64,000 bases of DNA. It comes from an uncultured Monoglobus sp. (GTDB lineage Bacteria; Bacillota; Clostridia; Monoglobales; Monoglobaceae). Under the pieces are notes generated by a model. It saw nothing but the letters and a program-made list of their open reading frames with translations. It ran no database searches and had not been told where the DNA came from. Of the stretch, positions 39,953-48,982 are shown piece after piece; position 1 is the first letter of the stretch; each line of letters begins with the position of its first letter. Where the stretch lies: contig CANQMT010000009.1 of the NCBI GenBank assembly GCA_947625055.1, positions 12,750 to 76,749 of the forward strand. The letters run 5' to 3'. The position numbers and the translations under genes were made by a program.

Positions 39953-41299
39953 ATGGATGAATACAGAAGACAATCCGGTCAAAGAACAAGGAGAGGAACA
40001 AGGCGCCCTCCCGCAAGGCGGCGTTCAAATCCGCAAAAGCGAAGAATATTGAGTCTGTGCTGCCTCGCAGCCGCGGCGGCAGCGGTGATTTTGGTGTGCG
40101 TTTTTCTGTTCGCGCCCGCGTTTGACATTGACAACATAGTGTGCGAGGGCAACAGCAAAACAAGCTCTGAGGCGATCGTGGAAGCCTCGGGTATACGGCA
40201 GGGACACAATATATTTTTAACTTCCCTTTCCGGCAAAGAGAAGCCGATAACCGAGCTTGATTACATAGAAAGCTGCGAGATCAGCCGAGAATTGCCCGGA
40301 ACAATAAAAATAACGGTTGTTGAAAGGCATCCGTCGGCATATTTCAGCACCGGCGGTTCTTTGGCCGTGACCGACATGAGCGGAAGTGTGCTTGAGGTTG
40401 TGAGCGGCGAGGACGCCGAAGATATCGTGAACGCCAAAATAACCGAAAAGGAGCCCGAACCCAGCGGAAGCCCGGATCCCGACAGCGAGGATGAGGACGA
40501 GAGCGATGAACCCGATCCGGAATCGACTGCCGACGGCACTATCTGGGGTTATGACGACGACGGCGATCCTATATACCGAATAAACGGCGGACATTATGAG
40601 TTTGACGAGGACGGCAACCGATTTTTTGTGGATGACACTCCCGAGGAAAGCCCCGAACCCACCGCCGATGCGGAGGCGGAAGGGGACGACGCGGATGACG
40701 GGATCGAGCGCACGCGGGGCGGCAGGGTCATTTACAGCGCGCCCGTGGTTTACGGCGTGGAGCTTTCAAAGTATGATGTGGGCAAACAGATCGAGAGCAG
40801 TGATAATGAAAAGCTGAATTCCGTTATGGACGCTCTGAGGGCGCTCGACAGCGCGGGTCTGCTTGAGCGGGCCACCAAATTCGACGCCGAGGACATCAAC
40901 GACGTCAAGTTTGTCATAGAGGATCGGCTCGAGGTTTGGTTCGGCAGCTTTGATGACTTTGAATATAAGGCAAAGTTCACCGCGACGGTCATTAACGAGA
41001 ATTTGTCGCCCTTTGAGCGCGGGATCGTGGATTTCAGAGATTCCAAGCTATATGTGCGTCCGGAGGGATATCATACGCCGATCCTGCTTGATGAAAAAGA
41101 AACCCCCGCGCCGGACGGCGAGGAGGATGAGGTTGAGGAAGACCCCGACGCCGCAAAGCGTCCGAAGTCCACTGCGAATCCCGATGAAGACGAGGACGAG
41201 GATGACACAAAGGCGACCCAAAAGCCCAAGGCCACTTCAAAACCGACGGCAAGACCTGCCTCGCGCCAAACGGACGAGGATGCTGATTTGGAAGAATGA
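39953..41299 (+). CDS. ftsQ: FtsQ/DivIB-like protein with acidic insertions
   Basis: Basic N-terminal tail, TM, POTRA-like segment (IDNIVCEGN...I.RELPGTIKITVVER), last gene of the dcw cluster. Confidence 0.8.
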   Translation: MDEYRRQSGQRTRRGTRRPPARRRSNPQKRRILSLCCLAAAAAAVILVCVFLFAPAFDIDNIVCEGNSKTSSEAIVEASGIRQGHNIFLTSLSGKEKPITELDYIESCEISRELPGTIKITVVERHPSAYFSTGGSLAVTDMSGSVLEVVSGEDAEDIVNAKITEKEPEPSGSPDPDSEDEDESDEPDPESTADGTIWGYDDDGDPIYRINGGHYEFDEDGNRFFVDDTPEESPEPTADAEAEGDDADDGIERTRGGRVIYSAPVVYGVELSKYDVGKQIESSDNEKLNSVMDALRALDSAGLLERATKFDAEDINDVKFVIEDRLEVWFGSFDDFEYKAKFTATVINENLSPFERGIVDFRDSKLYVRPEGYHTPILLDEKETPAPDGEEDEVEEDPDAAKRPKSTANPDEDEDEDDTKATQKPKATSKPTARPASRQTDEDADLEE

Positions 41300-41339
41300 T
41301 CTGCGCCTCTGTTTAATAAATTAACGGAAGGAGACAGTG

Positions 41340-41693
41340 TTATTTCGCTTTCGGGTCAAATATCAGCGCGATCACAAATCCGAAGAACACGGCCGCGGAT
41401 ATTCCTCCGGCGGCGGCCGAGGCGCCGCCCGTGATTATGCCGAGCGGGCCGTCGGCATCCACAGCCTTTTTGACCCCCTGAGCCAGCACGTTGCCAAATC
41501 CCATGAGGGGCACCGTTGCGCCCGCGCCCGCGTAGTCGACGATTTTGTCATATATGCCGACGGCGCCGAGAGCCGCGCCGATCACGACATACAGCACCAA
41601 GATCCTTGCAGGGGTCAGCTTTGTCTTGTCGATCAATATCTGGGCTATGGCGCACAGCAGTCCGCCCACCCAGAACGCATTAAGATACTGCAT
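41340..41693 (-). CDS. spoVAE: Stage V sporulation protein AE
   Basis: AFWVGGLLCAIAQILID, TPARILV and GATVPLMGFG. Confidence 0.95.
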   Translation of the reverse strand: MQYLNAFWVGGLLCAIAQILIDKTKLTPARILVLYVVIGAALGAVGIYDKIVDYAGAGATVPLMGFGNVLAQGVKKAVDADGPLGIITGGASAAAGGISAAVFFGFVIALIFDPKAK

Positions 41694-42718
41694 TATCTTT
41701 CACCTCCCGGTCTGTTTGAAAGAGCCACGGCGTGTGCGATGCCGGGCACCGACTCGCCCTGAAGCGAGGACGTGGGGCTCAGCAGCGCGCCTGTGCCGAG
41801 AATGAGCACGTCGTTCAGCTTTCCGCTTTTCATCATCTCAAAAATATATCCGCAGACCGTCACCGCTATGCAGCCGCATCCGCTGCCTCCGGCGTGGACG
41901 TCCTGCTTTTCGATGTCGTAGATCATGCAGCCCGAGTCGCCGTAATTGTCATTCATGTTAAATCCGTTTGAGTTCATCATGTTTATCACGATCTCGCGGC
42001 CTATTTTGCCGAGATCACCGCTCAGAATAAGATCATAGTCCTGAGGCGAGCGGCCGGTATCTGCGAAGTGAGCGCACAGTGTGTCGATTGCCGCAGGCGC
42101 CATCGCGCCGCCCATATTGTTCTGGTCGATCACGCCGAAATCCACGACCTTGCCGCTCGTCACGTGGGTTATATACGGCGCGTTTTTGTCGGCTTCAAGT
42201 ACCGCGGCGGCGGCTCCTGTGACAGTCCATTGCGCGGTGGGAGGCCTCTGGCCGCCGTATTCCAGAGGATTGCGGTATTGGCGTTCCGCTGTGCAGAAGT
42301 GGCTTGACGCCACCGCGATCGCGGTGTTCATTCCGCCGCCGTCAATGGCAAGCGCGCCGAGGCTCAGTCCTTCGATCATAGTCGAGCATGCTCCGTAGAG
42401 CCCGTAGAAGGGCGTTCCAAGTTCGCGTGCGCTGAATCCCGAACTTATGCACTGATTGAGAAGATCGCCGGCAAAGGCGCAGTGTATGTCGGACGGCTGT
42501 TTGCCCGCCTTTTGCATTGCGAGCTTTGCGGCTTCTTTCTGCATTTTGCTTTCGGTTTTTTCCCATGTTTCCTCGCCCCATTCGGCGTCCTTCATTTTCA
42601 CGTCAAAGTAGGGCGACAGCGGCCCTTCGCTTTCCTTGGTCCCAACTACCGTGGCGGTGTTTATGACCGACACGTTTCTTTCAAGAGCCATTGTCTGATT
42701 TCCGAGTCTGACAGCCAT
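41693..42718 (-). CDS. spoVAD: Stage V sporulation protein AD
   Basis: GTKESEGPL, AGDLLNQ, GACSTM, AERQYRNPLEYG and GGSGCGC. Confidence 0.97.
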   Translation of the reverse strand: MAVRLGNQTMALERNVSVINTATVVGTKESEGPLSPYFDVKMKDAEWGEETWEKTESKMQKEAAKLAMQKAGKQPSDIHCAFAGDLLNQCISSGFSARELGTPFYGLYGACSTMIEGLSLGALAIDGGGMNTAIAVASSHFCTAERQYRNPLEYGGQRPPTAQWTVTGAAAAVLEADKNAPYITHVTSGKVVDFGVIDQNNMGGAMAPAAIDTLCAHFADTGRSPQDYDLILSGDLGKIGREIVINMMNSNGFNMNDNYGDSGCMIYDIEKQDVHAGGSGCGCIAVTVCGYIFEMMKSGKLNDVLILGTGALLSPTSSLQGESVPGIAHAVALSNRPGGER

Positions 42719-42721
42719 GTT

Positions 42722-43198
42722 TTAGCCTCCTATCATCACTTTATACAAAAAGTAAATTATTCCGATTATCACAGATGACGTTATGCCGTAGACCAGCACC
42801 GGTCCCGCCACAACGAACATTTTCGCCGACATTCCGAGCACCAGTCCTTCGCGTTTGAATTCCATGGCGGGCGAGGTTATCGAGTTGGCGAAGCCTGTTA
42901 TCGGCACGATCGTTCCGGCGCCCGCGTGTTTGGCTATTTTTGGATAGACGTCAATGCCGGTCAGGAACGCTCCCAGAAAAACCATAGTAACGCTGACCGC
43001 TGTTTTTGCGCTCTCGGAGTCAAGACCGCAGACCTTTTTGTAAAAGTCGCCTATAAGCTGGCCTATGACGCAAATCAGGCCGCCGATCACAAATGCCAGC
43101 GCCACATTCTTTAGTATTGGGCTTTTTGGCGCGGTCTTGTCGATATAATTCAGATAATCCTTATTTTTATTATCGGGCATAATGTTTTCTCCTTTCAT
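42722..43198 (-). CDS. spoVAC: Stage V sporulation protein AC
   Basis: AFVIGGLICVIGQ, AGAGTIVPITGFANS and KMFVVAGPVLVYG. Confidence 0.97.
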   Translation of the reverse strand: MKGENIMPDNKNKDYLNYIDKTAPKSPILKNVALAFVIGGLICVIGQLIGDFYKKVCGLDSESAKTAVSVTMVFLGAFLTGIDVYPKIAKHAGAGTIVPITGFANSITSPAMEFKREGLVLGMSAKMFVVAGPVLVYGITSSVIIGIIYFLYKVMIGG

Positions 43199-43253
43199 GT
43201 CATGAGTATATTATTTACGCCCGTAGGTAAAATTATTCCCGTTTTTCCAAAAA

Positions 43254-43991
43254 TCAGCCTGTCAGCTCTTTTCGCATTTTGAGCAGGACCTTTTTCTCAA
43301 GCCGTGACACCTGAACCTGGGATATGCCCAGCATTTCCGCAATGTCGCTTTGGGTACGGCGCTTGTAATAACGCATATATATTATGAGTTTTTCACGCTC
43401 GTCCATGCCGCTCAGGGCTTGGCGCAGCATTATTCGGTTCTCGATCTTCTGTTCGTAATCCTCGTCCGAGCTGATTTTTTCGGCCAGCGTTCTGCCTTCC
43501 GTCTTTCCGTCGTCAAAAGAGGAATAGAGCGAGTCGGGCCGACGCGAGGCCTCAAGCGCGGTGGAGAGCTCCTGAGGTGTTATGCGGAGTTCGGCCGCTA
43601 TTTCGCCGAGTGTCGGCTCGCGCCTGTTTTTTGCCTCCATGCGCTCTTTGACCGAGGCCGCTTTGTAGGCTATGTTTTTGTAGGCGCGGCTGACTTTGAT
43701 TATCCCGTCATCGCGGATAAAGCGTTTTATCTCGCCGATTATCATAGGGACCGCGTAAGTGGAAAAAGCCACGCCCATATTCAGGTCAAAGCGGTCGGCG
43801 GCCTTGATCAGACCTATGCAGCCGATCTGAAACAGATCATCGGGCTCGTGCCCTCTGCCGTAAAAACGTCCGGCGGCCGAGCGCACAAGGCCGATATTGT
43901 TTTCGATAAGTTCGTCGCGGGCGGTCTCGTCGCCCTGCTTTATACGTCTGAGCAGCGCCTCGTTGCTCTCGCGGTATTTATTGGCATTCAT
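43254..43991 (-). CDS. sigF: Sporulation sigma factor F
   Basis: [41 protein letters not shown] and [11 protein letters not shown], downstream of spoIIAB. Confidence 0.96.
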   Translation of the reverse strand: MNANKYRESNEALLRRIKQGDETARDELIENNIGLVRSAAGRFYGRGHEPDDLFQIGCIGLIKAADRFDLNMGVAFSTYAVPMIIGEIKRFIRDDGIIKVSRAYKNIAYKAASVKERMEAKNRREPTLGEIAAELRITPQELSTALEASRRPDSLYSSFDDGKTEGRTLAEKISSDEDYEQKIENRIMLRQALSGMDEREKLIIYMRYYKRRTQSDIAEMLGISQVQVSRLEKKVLLKMRKELTG

Positions 43992-44434
43992 AACGCTGCC
44001 TCATCGCCGGAGCGGATGTATTTCGACATTTTGACAATGGTGCCCCGGCCCTTTTCGGAAGTAACGTCAAGGGTGTCCATAAAACTTTGCATGACCGTAA
44101 AGCCCATACCGCTCCGTTCCTCATCGGGGGCGGTGGTGAACAGAGGCTCCATTGCCCTCTCTACGTTGGCGATGCCCGCGCCTTCGTCGCGGATGGTAAC
44201 TTCAATAATGCATGTCTTACCGGATTTTATAACACATTCGATGTAAATGGTGCCGTCAGCGTCCCTGTAGCCGTGGATTATCGAGTTGGTCACGGCCTCG
44301 GAGACCGAAGTCTTTATATCCGCCAGTTCGTCAATATTAAGATCGGTCTGGGCGGCGAAAGCTCCTACCGCCGCGCGGGCGAACGCCTCGTTGACGCTTT
44401 TTGACGGAATTTCAAGTTTCATATAATTTTGCAT
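43988..44434 (-). CDS. spoIIAB: Anti-sigma F factor
   Basis: [29 protein letters not shown] and GTIVKM. Confidence 0.97.
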   Translation of the reverse strand: MQNYMKLEIPSKSVNEAFARAAVGAFAAQTDLNIDELADIKTSVSEAVTNSIIHGYRDADGTIYIECVIKSGKTCIIEVTIRDEGAGIANVERAMEPLFTTAPDEERSGMGFTVMQSFMDTLDVTSEKGRGTIVKMSKYIRSGDEAAL

Positions 44435-44452
44435 ATGTTTCGCTCCTTTGTC

Positions 44453-44758
44453 TTATTTTCTGCCTATCAGCTTTTTTATTCCCGACATCTCAAGCAGCCT
44501 GTTCACATTCGGCTTGGGCCGCGCCAGCATGATCGTTCCGCCGCGAGCCGCCATTTTCTTGTATCTGCCCATTATGAGGCCGAGTCCCGAGCTGTCCATA
44601 AAATCCACTTCGCCAAGGTCGATGATCAGCGATGACGAGTTTTTAAGATCCAACTCGCGGTCAATGTTGCTCCTTATCTCCTCGGCGCAGTGCTGGTCGA
44701 TCTCACCGCCCAGCTTTACGATCAAAGATCCGCCTGCCTGCTCAATTTCACATTTCAT
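44453..44758 (-). CDS. spoIIAA: Anti-anti-sigma F factor
   Basis: GEIDQHCA and FMDSSGLGLIMGRYK. ATG 44758 follows AAGGAGG. Confidence 0.96.
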   Translation of the reverse strand: MKCEIEQAGGSLIVKLGGEIDQHCAEEIRSNIDRELDLKNSSSLIIDLGEVDFMDSSGLGLIMGRYKKMAARGGTIMLARPKPNVNRLLEMSGIKKLIGRK

Positions 44759-44999
44759 CCGTATTCCTCCTTGTATTTTATATGGTTTCCCCATTGTTTT
44801 CTTATACAAAAAAATATTTCCGCCTTTATTTCCCCGGAGTTTTATTTCGCCGTGTTTCGGCAAAATGCGCTAATCCGCGCTGCAATCGTAATGATATGGA
44901 TTTTGTTGTTGAAAACGCACAAAAAACATTGATATTATTTGCACAATATCAACAAAGTTTTCTATTGAAATATTTTCGGAAATGTTGTATTATATATGC

Positions 45000-45092
45000 A
45001 TACCACAACTAAACAATCTTTTTTTCATTTCCTTCTGCCCGTAAGGGCAGAACACTCCCGACCGAGGTAGCAATATCTCGGTCTTTCTTTTT
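45000..45092 (+). ncRNA. Candidate small RNA B (anti-SD/anti-AUG motif, two GNRA hairpins)
   Basis: TTGAAA (44965-70)-17-TATTAT (44988-93). TTCTGCCC-GTAA-GGGCAGAA hairpin. Terminator GACCGAGGTA-GCAA-TATCTCGGTC-TTTCTTTTT. Confidence 0.62.
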
Positions 45093-45097
45093 GTTTC

Positions 45098-45124
45098 ACA
45101 AAACGCGAACGCCCTCATAGTATA
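45098..45124 (+). promoter_or_regulatory. Candidate sigma-K promoter of dpaAB
   Basis: AC, 16 nt, CATAGTATA matches the AC-N16-CATANNNTA consensus. spoVF is sigma-K-dependent in Bacillus subtilis. Confidence 0.5.
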
Positions 45125-45131
45125 TATTGAG

Positions 45132-46034
45132 GTGTTGAAAATGAGCAAACATACTGTATTCGCGTTTATCGGCGGAGACCGCCGTCAGGTTTATGTCATA
45201 CGCGGACTGGCGAGGGACGGATTCGAGGTAAGGGCGTTCGGGTTGAATGCCGACGAGCTTGCGGGCGTTGAAAACATAATTATCTGCGGCGATCTGCACG
45301 CGGCGGTCGGAGGCGCGGACTGCGTTGTGCTTCCGGTTCCGTATTCGTCGCCGCTCAGCTCGCAGAGCATAAACACTCCCCTGTATGATAAAGAAATACG
45401 GCTCGACGACTTTTTTAGCGGCGGTCAGGAGCTGGACGGAAAGCTTATCCTGGCAGGCAGAGCCGATGAACGGCTGCGCGCTATGGCGGGACTCAGCGGA
45501 GCCCGGGTCGTTGATTATATGGATCGGGAGGAACTGGCGGTGCTCAACGCTATACCCACCGCCGAAGGCGCGGTAAAAATAGCTATGGAGGAGCTGCCGA
45601 TAACCCTGCACGGATCAAACTGTCTGGTAACAGGCTTCGGACGCGTCGGAAAGGTGCTTTGCGAAACGCTGAAGGGTCTCGGCGCGCGAGTTACCGCGGC
45701 GGCCAGAAAAAAGAGCGATCTGGCCTATATCAAGGCTTTCGGCTATGAGGGCGCCAACATTACCGAGCCGCTTTCCGAACCCGGAAAATACGATGTTATT
45801 TTTAACACCGTTCCAAAGCTTATAATAGACGAAAATTTTCTTGCCGCCGTGAAACCGTCCTGCCTGATAATAGACCTTGCATCAAGACCGGGCGGAGTTG
45901 ATTTTGAGGCAGCCCGGCGGATGGGCCGCAGCGTGATTTGGGCGTTGTCGATCCCCGGTAAAACCTCGCCTCTTACGGCCGGGGAGATTATTCGCGATAC
46001 GATCAAAAACATTATAGACGAGCAAGCGAGGTGA
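45132..46034 (+). CDS. dpaA: Dipicolinate synthase subunit A
   Basis: GGDRRQ, NAIPTAEGA, GFGRVG, IFNTVP, IDLASRPGGVDF and PGKTSP. Confidence 0.96.
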   Translation: MLKMSKHTVFAFIGGDRRQVYVIRGLARDGFEVRAFGLNADELAGVENIIICGDLHAAVGGADCVVLPVPYSSPLSSQSINTPLYDKEIRLDDFFSGGQELDGKLILAGRADERLRAMAGLSGARVVDYMDREELAVLNAIPTAEGAVKIAMEELPITLHGSNCLVTGFGRVGKVLCETLKGLGARVTAAARKKSDLAYIKAFGYEGANITEPLSEPGKYDVIFNTVPKLIIDENFLAAVKPSCLIIDLASRPGGVDFEAARRMGRSVIWALSIPGKTSPLTAGEIIRDTIKNIIDEQAR

Positions 46035-46630
46035 AACATTTGAATGATATCAATACATTGAGCGGGCTTAGGATCGGGTTCGGCATCACAGGCTCGTTCT
46101 GTACGATCTCCAGGATCCTGCCCGTTATCGAGGGGCTTGTCGCGAATGGAGCCGATGTGCTTCCAGTTCTTTCAAAAAATGCCGCCGAAACCGACACCCG
46201 TTTCGGGAAAGCCGATGACCTGAAACGGATGCTTGAGGGAATAACGGGAAAGAAGCCTATGTGCGCGATAACCGAGGTTGAGCCGATAGGGCCCAAGGGG
46301 CTGATCGATATATTGGTCGTTGCGCCATGCACCGGAAATTCGATCGCGAAAATTGCGGGAGGAATATCCGACACGCCGGTGACTCTGGCGGTAAAGTCGC
46401 ATCTTCGGAACAACCGTCCGGTTGTGATCGCGGTGTCGACCAATGACGGATTGAGTGGCAATATCAAAAATATCGGCACGCTGCTGACGCGGAAGAATAT
46501 ATACATCGTACCGTTCGGCCAGGACGACAGCGCGAAAAAAGAAAACTCGCTGCTGTCCGATTTTGATCTGATAGGACCGGCGATAATATCGGCCATGAAC
46601 GGTTCCCAGCTCCAGCCGCTTTTGATATAA
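46031..46630 (+). CDS. dpaB: Dipicolinate synthase subunit B
   Basis: GITGSFCT, EVEPIGP, APCTGNS, STNDGL and VPFGQDD. Confidence 0.96.
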   Translation: MKHLNDINTLSGLRIGFGITGSFCTISRILPVIEGLVANGADVLPVLSKNAAETDTRFGKADDLKRMLEGITGKKPMCAITEVEPIGPKGLIDILVVAPCTGNSIAKIAGGISDTPVTLAVKSHLRNNRPVVIAVSTNDGLSGNIKNIGTLLTRKNIYIVPFGQDDSAKKENSLLSDFDLIGPAIISAMNGSQLQPLLI

Positions 46631-46769
46631 AAAACGGAAAATTAAAATCGGCGCCGCTTTAAAACATAGGAAATTCCGACCAAAGCGGCAGCCGATTTTA
46701 ATATTGCCCGGCAAAAAATGTATGTACATTTGAAAAACATTGTGCTATAATATTCTTGAGGTGTTTATT

Positions 46770-46946
46770 ATGACCGAAAGACAAAAAACAAATTTGAATG
46801 AGGTTATATTTTCGATGGAAGTTGAAGGATTTAATATTCCCGACAATGAAAAACAAACCCTTATAGGCGTGCTTGACGGGAAATACACGTTCAGCGAAGT
46901 GCTTAATGCCTATATCTCGGAGGCCGAGTCTTATGGACAAGTATAA
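46770..46946 (+). CDS. VbhA-like FicA antitoxin (58 aa)
   Basis: Carries SMEVEG, matching the (S/T)xxxE(G/N) inhibition motif. It overlaps the downstream fic start and has an extended -10 TGCTATAAT upstream. Confidence 0.8.
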   Translation: MTERQKTNLNEVIFSMEVEGFNIPDNEKQTLIGVLDGKYTFSEVLNAYISEAESYGQV

Positions 46947-47535
46947 ATACTATTATGAGGGCGCAGACTTTTACTGCTATCCCGACACAAACGTATTAAT
47001 TAACAAGTTCGGAATACGCGATGATGAAAAACTTGAACGTGTTGAGCGTAAAATAACCGCGTTAAAAGCATTGGAATTTGAAGAAAAGCCGTTTGATGGT
47101 GATCTTGACTATAATTATTTATTAAACATTCATCATTATCTGTTTTGCGACTTATATGAATGGGCGGGGAAAATACGCGTCGGAGAATTTATGTTTAAAG
47201 ATGACAGTATGTTTTTTAAAGCCGCTTATATTGAACAAGGATTTAACAGTTTTTATAAAAAACTGTCCGAAGAAAACTTTTTAAAGGGTCTGCCAAAAGA
47301 TAAGTTTTGCATGCGGCTTGCATATTATATGGGTGAGTTGAACGCGCTTCACCCATTCAGAGAGGGAAACGGCAGGACAAGCCGACTCTATTTTAAGCAG
47401 TTGGCGAAAAGAGCGGGCTATCAATTAGTATTCAGCAACGTGTCAAAAGAAGAGCTCCTAAAGGCGGATATTTCGGCTTTTAACTGTGAATATGAAGCGT
47501 TGACCGAGGCGCTTGAAAAAATAGTTGTTCAATAA
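46933..47535 (+). CDS. Fic-domain adenylyltransferase (class I FicT-like toxin)
   Basis: YCYPDTNVLINK, IHHYLF.DLYEWAG.IR and an intact HPFREGNGRTSR motif. Confidence 0.92.
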   Translation: MDKYKYYYEGADFYCYPDTNVLINKFGIRDDEKLERVERKITALKALEFEEKPFDGDLDYNYLLNIHHYLFCDLYEWAGKIRVGEFMFKDDSMFFKAAYIEQGFNSFYKKLSEENFLKGLPKDKFCMRLAYYMGELNALHPFREGNGRTSRLYFKQLAKRAGYQLVFSNVSKEELLKADISAFNCEYEALTEALEKIVVQ

Positions 47536-47628
47536 TTAGATTTAATACATATATTCGGGCAATTTGTATTGCCCGGATTTTTTTTGTGGGGGAACGCGGT
47601 GAGGCGGCTTTCACACCATTATGCGCTT

Positions 47629-48954
47629 TTATCGCTTTTGTTTTTTGATAAGAAAAACTATCAAAGCAAGGGTTATCAGCTCCGAGGCGGCGAACGACAG
47701 CCATATGCCGTTTATCCCAAACAGAGCGCTCAATATCAGCGCGCAGATGATGATCGCGGCCAGACCCCGCGTCAGAGAGGCGGCGGACGCGCTCAAAGCC
47801 TTGCCGGTGGCGGAAAAATATGTTGTCATTACGATGTTTATTCCCGCGGCGGCAAAGCCGATGAAATACAGCCTGATCGCGTCAACGGCGTATTCCGCGA
47901 GCAGGGCGCTGCCCTCGCTGTTGAATATCGCCGCAAGTCCGTCCGCGAACACCCGGGCGAGCGTTACTATCGCCGCCTCGATGATCAGAACCGTCACAAG
48001 GCCGGCTCTCATGTAAAGTTTCAGGTCATCGCTTTTGTCTCCGCCGCAGCACTCGCTGAGCGGCGGCTGCATTCCCTGCGCTATGCCGTTGAATATCGCG
48101 GTCGCAACAAGGGCCAGGTTTGCCACGATCCCGTAAGCGGCGACCCCGATGTTCCCGGCAGTTTTAAGCAGCAGGAAGTTAAAGACCGTGACGGTGACAG
48201 CCGAGGAGATCTCGCCCACAAAAGCCGAAGTCCCCAGCGCGCAGCATGAGATAAGCTTTTTGAGCGAGGGCCGCTCGAGGGTCGGCCTCACGCTTGATTT
48301 TTTGCCGAAAAAATGCGTGCAGCAGACCGCGCTTGAAATGACCGGAGCCGTGGCCGTCGCGAGTGCGGCGCCCGCAAGACCCATTTTGAGCGGAAACATA
48401 AAGACGTAATCGAAAATTATGTTAAACGCGCTGGCGGTCAGCAGCGCGGCCATAGCGGTCGTGGGCGCGCCGTCGTTTCTCGCGAAAGCGGTGAATGAGT
48501 AATTCATCATAAAAAACGGAGAGCCGAGCAGCACGATTCGGACATACGTTTTGCCGAGTTCGGTTATCGCCGCGTCGCCGCCCATAAGACGCAGCCACAG
48601 CTCCGGAGCCGCGGCTCCGAGAGCGGCAAACGGCGCCGAGAGAATGAGCTGCCATATCAGCGCGTGGCCGAAATATCCGTCAAGGTCATCCGCGCCGAGC
48701 GCCTTTTTGACCGCGTATCTCGTGGCGGAGCCTACGCCCGCCATTGAGCCTATTGCGAAAATAAGGCTGTAAAGCGGCAGAACAAAGTTTAAGACGGTTA
48801 TTCCGTTTGAACCCGCGTACAAAGATATGAAAAACGTGTCCGCGAGGACATAGATGGATATTCCCACCATTCCCGCCGTGCTTCGCGATATGTATTTAAA
48901 AAAGCGTTTCAGTTTTGCGCGGCTTTGAATCGCCGCCGTTTTGGTTCCTGTCAT
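47629..48954 (-). CDS. MATE-family efflux transporter
   Basis: ADTFFIS, FARNDGAP, FNIIFDY..MFPL.MGLAGAALAT and about 12 TM segments. Confidence 0.93.
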   Translation of the reverse strand: MTGTKTAAIQSRAKLKRFFKYISRSTAGMVGISIYVLADTFFISLYAGSNGITVLNFVLPLYSLIFAIGSMAGVGSATRYAVKKALGADDLDGYFGHALIWQLILSAPFAALGAAAPELWLRLMGGDAAITELGKTYVRIVLLGSPFFMMNYSFTAFARNDGAPTTAMAALLTASAFNIIFDYVFMFPLKMGLAGAALATATAPVISSAVCCTHFFGKKSSVRPTLERPSLKKLISCCALGTSAFVGEISSAVTVTVFNFLLLKTAGNIGVAAYGIVANLALVATAIFNGIAQGMQPPLSECCGGDKSDDLKLYMRAGLVTVLIIEAAIVTLARVFADGLAAIFNSEGSALLAEYAVDAIRLYFIGFAAAGINIVMTTYFSATGKALSASAASLTRGLAAIIICALILSALFGINGIWLSFAASELITLALIVFLIKKQKR

Positions 48955-48982
48955 GTTTTCCTCCGCAAGTCGTGTGATCTTG

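Noticed and set aside
44990-45028. Minus-strand 12-aa ORF MKKRLFSCGMHI
   Set aside because: The SD-to-ATG spacing is only about 1 nt, and GNRA loops and the U tract favour a plus-strand RNA.
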